64,000 bases of DNA from a virus (Duplodnaviria; Caudoviricetes), in the IMG/VR virus record IMGVR_UViG_3300037067_013225, positions 138,678 to 202,677 of that record. One strand, written 5' to 3'. Below the pieces are notes generated by a model. The model searched no databases, had not been told where the DNA came from, and worked only from the letters and a program-made list of their open reading frames with translations. A program made the translations under genes and the position numbers. Positions 51,530 through 60,912 of the stretch are shown in pieces; within the stretch, counting starts at the first letter, position 1; every line of letters starts with the position of its first letter.

Positions 51530-51780
51530 ATACGTTGGATTTGCGCGCTCTCGATATCGGAACATTAGTTTCGACTAAACGTGGATGTGTGTTTATTAAA
51601 TTTGCTTCAGTTGATAGATCCTGGTGTAAAGACGAAACTGGCATATGGTACCATCATTGTAATACAATGGGAAACATATGTGCAAATTATTCTGACGAAG
51701 TATTATTTAGCGATCAAGAAATCGCTTCAAAGCATGTAAAACGATTTTATGAAATGCATTATGAGGAGATTGATTTTTGA
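51526..51780 (+). CDS. Small protein, IDF-tagged (YEEIDF*)
   Basis: TTG start overlaps the previous tag; N-terminus similar to the next gene. Confidence 0.7.
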   Translation: MNTLDLRALDIGTLVSTKRGCVFIKFASVDRSWCKDETGIWYHHCNTMGNICANYSDEVLFSDQEIASKHVKRFYEMHYEEIDF

Positions 51781-52022
51781 CAACTCAAGATTTGCGCAAT
51801 GCGCGGATAGAAACAATCGTATACCTGGAATGCGGATGTAGTTATGAAAAACGGTCAATATTCCATTGGATTAAATGTAGAATCGATAGCGATTATGAAT
51901 TTACCGTTCGATGCTCCCATCCATATCGAATGATCCTTACCAACTGCGAACTGGCGCGGTATGCTGTGGCGTTTGTTCCATCGGTCGTACCGGACAGAGA
52001 ATACGTCATGATCGATTTTTAA
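51777..52022 (+). CDS. Small protein, IDF-tagged (YVMIDF*)
   Basis: TTG start overlaps the previous tag. Confidence 0.7.
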   Translation: MTTQDLRNARIETIVYLECGCSYEKRSIFHWIKCRIDSDYEFTVRCSHPYRMILTNCELARYAVAFVPSVVPDREYVMIDF

Positions 52023-52024
52023 AC

Positions 52025-52053
52025 TTGACATTCGCACGGTGCTGTGGTACAAT
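52025..52053 (+). promoter_or_regulatory. sigma70-type promoter, leaderless for ORF 52059-52238
   Basis: TTGACA-17-(TGG)TACAAT; ATG after 5 nt. Confidence 0.8.
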
Positions 52054-52246
52054 CAGGTATGCTTGAGTTGAACGAACTATTCTTGCGTTACCTCGCAATG
52101 GGGTTCGAGCCTGACGACGCAATGTTATGGGCCAAGAACGAATTTGAGGACAAGAATGAGGATTGTTTAGAGGCAGAGGCTCTACAAAAAGATACTTGGG
52201 CAATCACAGATGATAATCTAAATCTAGATGAATTATAGGAGATGAT

Positions 52247-53218
52247 ATGGATCTGCAAGATGTTAAAAATCTCGTTACAGCAACAGCACCACTACATGAT
52301 ATCAAGGTGCAATCCAGCGCAATCTCTGCGCACGTAACACCCCATAAGCGTATTTATATCGTCCAAAAACATGGCGAAAATCGCATGAATCTACATATCG
52401 GGGCGGAACGACAGTTGTATCAGAAGATCGGATATCCGCAATCTGAACGTTTCACGTCAAAAATCGCCTGGGAAACCATGGATCGAATCATTGACGAATT
52501 ATATTCCGCCACATACAAAAACGACAAAGAACTTCTAATTCGTGCGGATAAAGAAAACGATACTGTTGTGGCATTTTTGTCCAATCGTTATAATCCCTAT
52601 GATAATCGGGATTTGTTAACGAATGTGGAAATTGGCCTATGTGATGTGGCATGGAATCAGGAAATTCACGACCCATATGTGAATGATTACAAGTGTTTGT
52701 TTAAGGTTATTTTCCCAGAACATTCCGTTACAGATTCGGAAACCGAATTAAATCTGACACCGGGACTGTTTATCTCAAATGATGAAACGGGAAATGGAGC
52801 GGTGTATTGTAGTCAGGTTATTTCTCTAACATATGGAGAAAAACCCCTATATTTTTCTAACGTCAAACATATCAGCGCACAGCGAACCTGCCATACCAGC
52901 AAATATGTCGATGCCGCCAATGCGGTTGTAAAATCGTGCGAAACGCTCCCCAAATTTGCACGAGAATTTATTGCTACGATTCATGATGCGCAATCTCGCA
53001 AGCTTAATTTTACCGAATTGTCTGAGCTTTATGAATATATCGGTAAGACATTGGTTCGCAAGGATGAGGTTAGAAATATTCTCTCATTGTGGGATAATCA
53101 GAATCGATCATTATGGACATTGGGTTTGGCTATCTCTAGAGCCGCCTATGATTACAATCCGTTACGTCGTGCTGAACTTGAGAAACTTGCAACACAGATT
53201 TTGGTGAGGAAATATTAA
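52247..53218 (+). CDS. DUF932-like phage/plasmid protein
   Basis: VVAFLSNRYNPYDN, GLFISNDETGNGAV, H. Confidence 0.55.
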   Translation: MDLQDVKNLVTATAPLHDIKVQSSAISAHVTPHKRIYIVQKHGENRMNLHIGAERQLYQKIGYPQSERFTSKIAWETMDRIIDELYSATYKNDKELLIRADKENDTVVAFLSNRYNPYDNRDLLTNVEIGLCDVAWNQEIHDPYVNDYKCLFKVIFPEHSVTDSETELNLTPGLFISNDETGNGAVYCSQVISLTYGEKPLYFSNVKHISAQRTCHTSKYVDAANAVVKSCETLPKFAREFIATIHDAQSRKLNFTELSELYEYIGKTLVRKDEVRNILSLWDNQNRSLWTLGLAISRAAYDYNPLRRAELEKLATQILVRKY

Positions 53219-54777
53219 TGTGTAAAGCTCCCATGGAGCCAATGGGTACGAATTGTTACTTTTGCTCATTTTCATCGGAACGGCAACCCAACATTCTTGA
53301 ATGCACCCATCCCGATATTGACTTGCTTGCTGGCGCAGAAGCGGCAATTAAGTGCAATTTACAGGGTATGGAACTGGCAGGCTCTAAGATCGGAATTAAA
53401 ATCGATCCACAAGGGCAGCTACTTGGTCGTGCATTCTGGCCCATTGCATTTGATCCGATTTGGATTGAGTGTTCCGGTTATATGCCGAAATTACCCCAAT
53501 ATCAAGCATCAAACATATCTTGTGGAGAATCTGCATGACAAACGATATCAGAGAATGGGATATTTATAACTTTTGCTATAATAGCGAAACGTTAGATAAA
53601 TACAATAAGGCATATCCTGGTGCCGATACGCATTGCTTTGAGGGAATCCTGATTGCAAGATATCATGGCGATGTGCTGATGTTATTCGATACATATTGGG
53701 AAATCGGCGGAATGACTGGAAAGGTTTTTACTATCGAACAAGCGCATGCTAAGGGTACTTTAGAATATGTGGGCAATTTGCACGAATTGGAGCCTGGATT
53801 TAAAAGTGATTATCGTTATTATAAGAGCGAAGATCTAGTCACCCTGCACACACAGCACGCATGTGTTGAAAGCTGCATCTATCATTATCGCCGTCAAAAT
53901 GCACAACGTGATGCATTCGTTATACTGGACTCTATCGGCAAGGCTCTAGATAATATTGTGCGAAAGCAACAAAGCATGAAATTAGATATCGAGCAATTAT
54001 CTAAACAGATTCAAGAGGTTCAAAACGGTAATCTAGATATCAATATATGGTGTTAGGAGAATCCAATGATTCAGGTACCACAGGGCGTTTATGATGGCAT
54101 TTGTGCCGTTCGTGATTCTGGCGAAACGAATATGTTTTCGTATCAAGATGCGATTGAGATTGCATTGGTTATGGGATATGATGAGGCTGCGGCCTGGATG
54201 GAGGATAATAAAAGCTCTTACGTTAAGGGCATTTTCGAGGGATTTGAGGTGGGAAATGGCTGATCTTGATATTGTGGAAGGTATAAAATGGGAAAGGGAT
54301 GAAATTGTACAAGAACTGAGAGGTTTGCGTGATAAATTCACGCGAATAATTAGGGATTTAAAAGATACTCGCGTTCCGATATCGAACGTCATATTGCATG
54401 ATTATGGCATTCAGATAGGCGGAACAAACACGGGGGTAAGTGATGTGGCGATATTCCGCAACAAAGGTATTTTGGTTGAACTTGATTCGCGCTGGACACC
54501 CGGAAATTCCAATTATATTGGGTGTGCTAGCCCTAATGATACTGGATTTATTATCACGATATTCGATTCTTCCCGCAATGGATATGATCCGATATCTGTA
54601 AAAGATCCTCAAGAACAACTTCCGATTGTTCAAAAAGCGATAACGCTTATGGAATCAAAACTTCACAATATTCGGGTCATGATACAGAAACAAACCAAAA
54701 ATGAGGTTGCTGAACGAGAAGCGAGAAAAACATCGGTAATCAATGCTTTTCTTGACGGGCATTCACCACTAGATTAG
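53218..54777 (+). other. Hypothetical genes (53218-53538, to 54056, 54066-54263 DUF5049-like, to 54777)
   Basis: Contiguous ORFs; AVRDSGETNMF motif in 54066-54263. Confidence 0.55.
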
Positions 54778-54782
54778 GAGAC

Positions 54783-56207
54783 ATGATGCATATTTTACGT
54801 ATTAGGCATGGATTTGCCACAAATAGTTCCTCCACGCATTCTATCGTGATGATTCGTCCGGGAGAACATATTTACGAGGATATTTGTAATGCACCCCAAT
54901 TCGACTGGGAATGCTTTACATTAACCGAGAAAAATATGAAGTTGCAATATTTGGCGCAACAACTGCGATGCATTGGTGCCTATGATACTGTAGCAAAGAA
55001 ATTCATTCGGAGGCATGATGAGGATTTTTTAGAGCGGTTGCTGGGAATTACTGTAGATGATACGGGGACTATCGATCACCAGAGTGTGTTGTCTTTTCCT
55101 CGGAATTTCGACGATACTATTAATTTCGATTTTATAAAAGATTTTGCCAAATTCCTCTCCAGAGATGATGTGATGATTCTGGGTGGCAATGATAATGGAG
55201 GGGATCATGATCTAGAGCGACCATCTTGGGCATCTAAAGAAAATAACTTTGTTGAATACGAGAATCAACGTCATGACGCATGGTACGACATTCTGGATCA
55301 GCATTTGTATGCGATCAATTATAAGGATTATTGGCTCTTATTCAATCCGAATACCGGTAGTAAATATCGTGTATCGTTTGATCAAATCAAACCAGAAATA
55401 CGTAAAAGTATTGCGCCTGAACTGGTTGATTTAAAAATTACCGATTATTGTGACAGAGGTTGTACATATTGTTATCAGGGATCAACCACATCTGGCAAGC
55501 ACGCATCTTTTACAAATATTAAGAAAATTATCGACCGACTATCCGAATCGCATTGCCTTGAAATAGCTATCGGTGGAGGAGAACCCACATCACATCCGAA
55601 ATTTTTAGATATTTTATCATATGCACAGAAAAAGAATATCTTTCCGTCATTTTCAACGCGAAATTATCAATGGATCAACAACAATGTTCCATCGAGAGAA
55701 ATGTCCGTATATACTTCGGCCATAGGGTATTCAATAGAAAGTATCGCGGATCTAGAAAAGCTCAAAATAGACTCGTATTATCGCAAGAAGATTGTTCCCC
55801 ATATCGTTTTAGGTACGGTGCAGGATTTGGACGGTTTGCTTAGATATTGTGCGCAAAATTCTTATACGCCATTGCTACTTGGATACAAAAATACCGGTAG
55901 AGGCTCTACTCCATCATTTCCATATACCGAAGAAACAGTACATAAAGCTATTGCTTTATCAGGCTTAGAATCCATTGGCTTAGATACATCCGCTGTCAAG
56001 CAAATACATGCAACTCAGTGGAGCGATATAGTAGAGCCTGCCCTGTATATGACAGACGGTGAGGGGGATTTCTCCTGCTATATGGATGCCGTTACCATGA
56101 CGATGGCACGTTCATCTTATTGCGGAGAAAAGGCACCCCTGAGGGATAATTGGTTGCAGGTGTGGGAATCTTACCGATATGATAACTGGCAGGAAATCGA
56201 TTTTTAA
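54783..56207 (+). CDS. Radical SAM enzyme, IDF-tagged (WQEIDF*)
   Basis: N-terminal RHGFATNSSSTHS; CDRGCTYC (CxxxCxxC); IAIGGGEPT.HP. Confidence 0.85.
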   Translation: MMHILRIRHGFATNSSSTHSIVMIRPGEHIYEDICNAPQFDWECFTLTEKNMKLQYLAQQLRCIGAYDTVAKKFIRRHDEDFLERLLGITVDDTGTIDHQSVLSFPRNFDDTINFDFIKDFAKFLSRDDVMILGGNDNGGDHDLERPSWASKENNFVEYENQRHDAWYDILDQHLYAINYKDYWLLFNPNTGSKYRVSFDQIKPEIRKSIAPELVDLKITDYCDRGCTYCYQGSTTSGKHASFTNIKKIIDRLSESHCLEIAIGGGEPTSHPKFLDILSYAQKKNIFPSFSTRNYQWINNNVPSREMSVYTSAIGYSIESIADLEKLKIDSYYRKKIVPHIVLGTVQDLDGLLRYCAQNSYTPLLLGYKNTGRGSTPSFPYTEETVHKAIALSGLESIGLDTSAVKQIHATQWSDIVEPALYMTDGEGDFSCYMDAVTMTMARSSYCGEKAPLRDNWLQVWESYRYDNWQEIDF

Positions 56208-56547
56208 ATTGGAGAAAATACTCATTCGGTAGAGTAGTCGGGAGAACGGTATGTGGTATCAAATAATATGGAATAAAGTAATTGGCGTCATGATGCCTTG
56301 GCTATCTTCTTGGATCAAAGCCAAAATAGATACAAGTCATCCTCTTGTATTTCAGGAATATTACGGGAAAAAAGTAAAGATTGGGAGTGTATTTAGTGAT
56401 AAGGTGCGGAATGGAATTTTGCGGAACGCTAAATTAATTAACGCTTCAACATCTGTATATCAATTTACGATTGTCGAAAATGGGACAAAAACAACTATCA
56501 CAGACTATGTTACATTTGTCCAAGAAATCGAATAAATAGGATACGCA

Positions 56548-57510
56548 ATGAAAAAAGGTCTCGGATTTGATGATATATTGTTGGTGCCGCAATATTCAGA
56601 TGTGGATTCTCGAACGGCACCACTGGTTCATACATTCCTGGGCGATCAAACATACCTGATACCAATTATCCCAGCGAACCTAGACTGTATCGCTACGTTA
56701 GAAATGCGCGACGTGCAAGAAGCGCAAGGTGGATTATTTATACATCATCGTTTTGCGAATCTAAACGATGTCAGACGTGGCGAATACTTTACCGTTGGAA
56801 TGCGTGAGTTTAGAAATCTGGATAAATGGCTGGAACCGATTGTTATTGCGAATGATAAAGGTATAAATATCTGTATCGATATCGCCAATGCACATAATAG
56901 GATGGTTTTGTGTGCGGTGGAAACGATTAAGAAAAAATTCCCGCACACAAAAGTTATGGTGGGAAATATTGCCACATCTGCTGCCGCAAGGGATTTCTGC
57001 ATGCTGGGTGTGGATTGTTTGAAAATTTCAATTGGTTCAGGAGTGATCTGTAGTACAAGATTTGCTTGCGGTGTGGGAGTGCCAGCCGTAACGTGTATTA
57101 AGGATTGTGTAAAAGTTTGTAGAGCCTTCAAGGTGGCAACAATCTATGATGGCGGTATTGATCGTTACGACAAGGCATGCAAAGCTTTGGCGTTGGGTTG
57201 CGATTTTATCATGATGGGCGGTGCGTTTGCAAAATGTAAGGAAGTGTCATTACCGGAAATCGATGGCAAGTCATATTATTGGGGACAATCATCCATTGAA
57301 TGCCGGGAGAAATGGTATAACAATAACGCCAAACTAATACCTGAAGGAATTAAAATCGAAATCAACAATCCATATAGTGAAAACGCCACCGATATCATTG
57401 ACGCATATATTGCGGCTATCAAATCGTCCATGACATATTTGGGAGCAAAAAATATAGAAGAATATCATAAGAAATGCCGGATTATCAAAACGAACAAATT
57501 AAAAGAATAA
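56548..57510 (+). CDS. IMP dehydrogenase / GMP reductase family protein (no CBS domains)
   Basis: GFDDILLVP, IDIANAH, VGNIAT, KISIGSGVICSTR..GVG.P, DGGI, KALALG..FIMMG, PEG, SSMTYLGA. Confidence 0.9.
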   Translation: MKKGLGFDDILLVPQYSDVDSRTAPLVHTFLGDQTYLIPIIPANLDCIATLEMRDVQEAQGGLFIHHRFANLNDVRRGEYFTVGMREFRNLDKWLEPIVIANDKGINICIDIANAHNRMVLCAVETIKKKFPHTKVMVGNIATSAAARDFCMLGVDCLKISIGSGVICSTRFACGVGVPAVTCIKDCVKVCRAFKVATIYDGGIDRYDKACKALALGCDFIMMGGAFAKCKEVSLPEIDGKSYYWGQSSIECREKWYNNNAKLIPEGIKIEINNPYSENATDIIDAYIAAIKSSMTYLGAKNIEEYHKKCRIIKTNKLKE

Positions 57511-57529
57511 CCAGATTTGTAGAGCGGGC

Positions 57530-57558
57530 TTGACATTCGCGCCTGTCCGTGTTATAAT
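57530..57558 (+). promoter_or_regulatory. Perfect-consensus sigma70 promoter with structured leader
   Basis: TTGACA-17-TATAAT; leader contains a pseudoknot-like element at 57601-57628. Confidence 0.85.
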
Positions 57559-57638
57559 AACGATACTTGAGGTGCAGTTCAGCTTCGAGATATGGGCTAC
57601 TGTCTTGAGCATGACGTTAAACTGCCCAGAGGTATTAT

Positions 57639-59056
57639 ATGAAACGTTATGTAATCGAATTTTGGGATTCTAATGCGTGGAATATTATGAGCGACAGCAA
57701 AAATCCCCATGGATGGGAATACAAGACTCAGGCTCTACAACGATGCGCGGAACTTAATCGCGAAACAGATCACAATACCCGTCAGGGAGCATTTAATGGA
57801 CATCGATATCGTGTACGTAAACGCGAAATATAAGGAGATGAAATGATTAGTGAAATCGCTAAAACAGTTGGAGAAACTATTCAAGTGAGCAGCATGGAGG
57901 TATCAAAGCTCTTAGAGCAGGTGGCTTCGGCTCTAAAGATTCCTGTAGAGTTCGTGTGGGAGCAGGTATTAAGACAAAACTATTATTACGCCACCGCAGA
58001 TTTGGTTTTTGCGGGAATTTTTCTCGTGATATTTCTTATATCGTTACCATTCTATATTAGAATGTTTTCTGCAAAATACGGTGGTTATACTTGGGAGGAT
58101 TTGGCTATATTGGTGCCGATTTTTCATGCGATATTTTCCGTAATGTTTATTTCGGTTCTTGTGCCTTGCGGCATTCGTAGACTTGTTGTACCGGCGCTTT
58201 GCGCAATGCAGGATTTGATAAATATTGTAAGCGATCTTAAGGGGTGATATTTTGATGAAAGAGAATATCCATAATATTCACTTATGGTATGACGATAACA
58301 ATGTCTGTTGGTTTGCTTGCGCATCTTATATCAATACCGAGCGCATGAGCGTGGGAATTACTCGTGATGGGCAAAGTCCCGCAGAAGCATTAATGATGTT
58401 GTTGGATGCGGCTGAAATATCCGGATATCTTCCCGCGAATGACAGTAATGTAACCAGACGTTATGAAATAAGGATTAAAGATGAAGTTTGACATCTTCAT
58501 AAGCATTAAAACACAAACAGATGGCAGTGAGAAACAGGCTAAGGCTCTAGAGAATTATTTACTTGCGGCCATCAACCTTACAGTAGAACCTACAGATCAA
58601 GATACAATATCAAGCAAAATTCTTCAACGCACATGCGAATGCGGTGGCGAAATAAAATATCAAGCCACTGACGCAGGTGGATGTACATGTTATGAGGCAT
58701 ATTGTCTAAAATGTGGGCATGTATATAAAGAAGATATCGTGAGCGATTAAATTATGTTAGATTTAGATAAACTGGAGAAATATCCCGATATATATGCGGA
58801 ATTGCTATCATATCGCGGCAAAGACTATTCGTGGACGATCCTCAATATATTGGATATCAGGAGGCGTCGCAAAGCGTGCCAGCAATGGCACGACGAAACA
58901 AAACAAACGTTGAAAAAGATGAGCGGCAAGAATTGCGATAAAATTAGGGCAAAAGTTATATCAGAACGATGCAAACGTCTAGATGTGATGTTGTCACTTT
59001 TAGCCAAACTAGAATACGATCTTGCATTAGAATTACCGAATCTTCCATACGTGTAA
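57639..59056 (+). other. Five small hypothetical genes (57639-57833, 57843-58247, 58252-58491, 58481-58750, 58754-59056)
   Basis: Contiguous ORFs, several with SD sequences. Confidence 0.6.
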
Positions 59057-59091
59057 CCACTTATCAATATTGTGAACACAAAGGAGCCGAA

Positions 59092-59676
59092 ATGATTTAC
59101 AAGCTTACAGACGAAAACATGTGTACGAACGTAGATGAAGCCACGTCCACGTATAGAAACACTCAATGGGTGTTGGGTGATCAAAAGACTTCTACATTTG
59201 GAGAAAAACCGTGTATATCTAACGGTTATCGCGCTTATGCTAGTCCGGAATTGGCGGTGTTAATGGTCGATAGTCGCGATAATTTGACTCGTTTGTTCGA
59301 AGCGGAGGGTTCCGGTGCATACCTCACAGGTTCGTTAGAGTCAAGGTATCAGAACATGACGTTACTTAAAGAGATTCCATTGCCTGAATTTACTCGCAAT
59401 CAGCGCAGATGGTTCGCAATTAAATGTGCGCTAGCCGTGTGTGACGATCCCGTGTTTGTGTCGTGGGCGGAAAACTGGATTAACGGGATTGATCGAAGCA
59501 AAGAAACCGCCATGATTGCTTATGAGAAGCTTCGTATTGTTCGTCAGCCCTCCGAGATGCTTATTATCGATTCCGCTTTTACCGCCAATACTAATTTTGC
59601 CGCTTATCTCGTAAAAGAGAATCAGGGTATGGATTTCTCAGATTTAGCCAAGCAAGCGTTATCTTGGCAGGAATAA
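59092..59676 (+). CDS. Paralogue family member 4 (divergent; ends WQE* without IDF)
   Basis: AAGGAG SD; AYASPELAVL..LFEAEG..PEFTRNQRRWFAIKCALAVCDDPVFVSWAENWINGIDRS. Confidence 0.8.
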   Translation: MIYKLTDENMCTNVDEATSTYRNTQWVLGDQKTSTFGEKPCISNGYRAYASPELAVLMVDSRDNLTRLFEAEGSGAYLTGSLESRYQNMTLLKEIPLPEFTRNQRRWFAIKCALAVCDDPVFVSWAENWINGIDRSKETAMIAYEKLRIVRQPSEMLIIDSAFTANTNFAAYLVKENQGMDFSDLAKQALSWQE

Positions 59677-59939
59677 ATATGGTCAATATCCCTCGATTGC
59701 GATACAAATATATGGCTGATGGAGTATATTATATCTATTTGCGCGATGAATATGTTGGTTCAGTCAGGGAAGTTGAATATTATTACGGACGCTTATATAA
59801 CTTTGAATTTAGGCATCCCAATGATGGTGTGGGATTCGAGGAGTATAATTACGAATACGGGCAGAAAATGTTCAGAGAATTGCTTATTCAACGTCTGGCT
59901 AGGGATTCAGAAATAGCATTGGTGGAGATTGATTTCTGA
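59664..59939 (+). CDS. Small protein, IDF-tagged (LVEIDF*)
   Basis: ORF track; likely ATG 59679. Confidence 0.75.
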   Translation: MAGINMVNIPRLRYKYMADGVYYIYLRDEYVGSVREVEYYYGRLYNFEFRHPNDGVGFEEYNYEYGQKMFRELLIQRLARDSEIALVEIDF

Positions 59940-60532
59940 TGTACGTAATTACAAACGAAAACATGCACAACAATGGTTTGTGGGAAATCGGCATAAAACG
60001 TTCCGGTTTTGCTTATGCTAGCCCGGAGCTAGCGGTGCTTGTGCAACACGCATACGAGAAATTCGAACATTTTAGGATTTTTGAAGCATCTGGCAAGGGA
60101 AATAATCTTCTGCGCTTTGACGACGAATTTACACTTTTGCGAGAGACCTATGCGCCGGAATTCACGCCGAATCAGCGCATTTGGTTTGGCATTCAATGCG
60201 CATTAGCCGTGTGTGACGATCCTATGTTTGTGTCGTGGGCGAATGCCTGGATTGATGGAACTGATCGAAGCTCCAAGACTGCCCTAATTGTATCAAGGAA
60301 GCTTTGGGATGAAAATATTAATGTTCCTGCTGCTGATGCTGCTGTTTATGCTGCTCACATTGCTGTTGATGTTTCTGGTGATGCTCATGCTGCTCATGCT
60401 GTTGGCCGTGCGATTGCTTATTCTCGTGCCGCCTATTATGCAGCGCAAGCTAATCCGAGCATCAACCTTGCTGATATCGCCGTTGCTGCTCTACACTTTG
60501 ACTTGAGAGAATTTCAGGAGATTGATTTCTGA
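59939..60532 (+). CDS. Ala-rich variable paralogue family member 5, IDF-tagged
   Basis: Conserved core, Ala-rich segment, ends FQEIDF. Confidence 0.85.
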   Translation: MYVITNENMHNNGLWEIGIKRSGFAYASPELAVLVQHAYEKFEHFRIFEASGKGNNLLRFDDEFTLLRETYAPEFTPNQRIWFGIQCALAVCDDPMFVSWANAWIDGTDRSSKTALIVSRKLWDENINVPAADAAVYAAHIAVDVSGDAHAAHAVGRAIAYSRAAYYAAQANPSINLADIAVAALHFDLREFQEIDF

Positions 60533-60912
60533 TGTTTAAACATATATTAGAGTTAGCATTGGCGTTAGCCTCTACAAAAGCGGTAGATGATGGTAATTGC
60601 CGTCATGCATGTGTCATTTTCGATAAAAAGGGGAATGTTATTTCTACCGGCTGGAATCTTAGCAAATACGAGAATAATAATGCGGGTCGATATCATGAGT
60701 ATGCGCATTGGCATGCGGAAACTCTCGCGATATACCGCTTACCCAAAACAACCAAATCGCTATATTTGTTGTCGATACGCATAAATAAGCGTGGCGAATT
60801 GCGACAGGCTAAACCGTGTCCAGAATGCGCGGCTCTAATAATGAAACAAAATATCCTCGATATATATTATAGTGATTGTTTAGGACAGATTATCAAGCAG
60901 GTGATAAAATGA
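60532..60912 (+). CDS. Zn-dependent cytidine/dCMP deaminase-like protein
   Basis: HACVI..GWN, HAETLAI, KPCPEC. Confidence 0.8.
   Translation: MFKHILELALALASTKAVDDGNCRHACVIFDKKGNVISTGWNLSKYENNNAGRYHEYAHWHAETLAIYRLPKTTKSLYLLSIRINKRGELRQAKPCPECAALIMKQNILDIYYSDCLGQIIKQVIK

Noticed and set aside
14296-60532. Diversity-generating retroelement explaining the paralogue variable regions
   Set aside because: No reverse transcriptase in the window, no non-coding template repeat, and copies differ by indels and non-adenine changes; cannot be excluded for the rest of the genome.
6350-60532. IDF tail as a mere by-product of Shine-Dalgarno/stop-start overlap
   Set aside because: It also occurs with GAA or ATG at -4 (no GGAG), at convergent gene ends (46471, 48136) and before a promoter (52022), and it varies at wobble positions.
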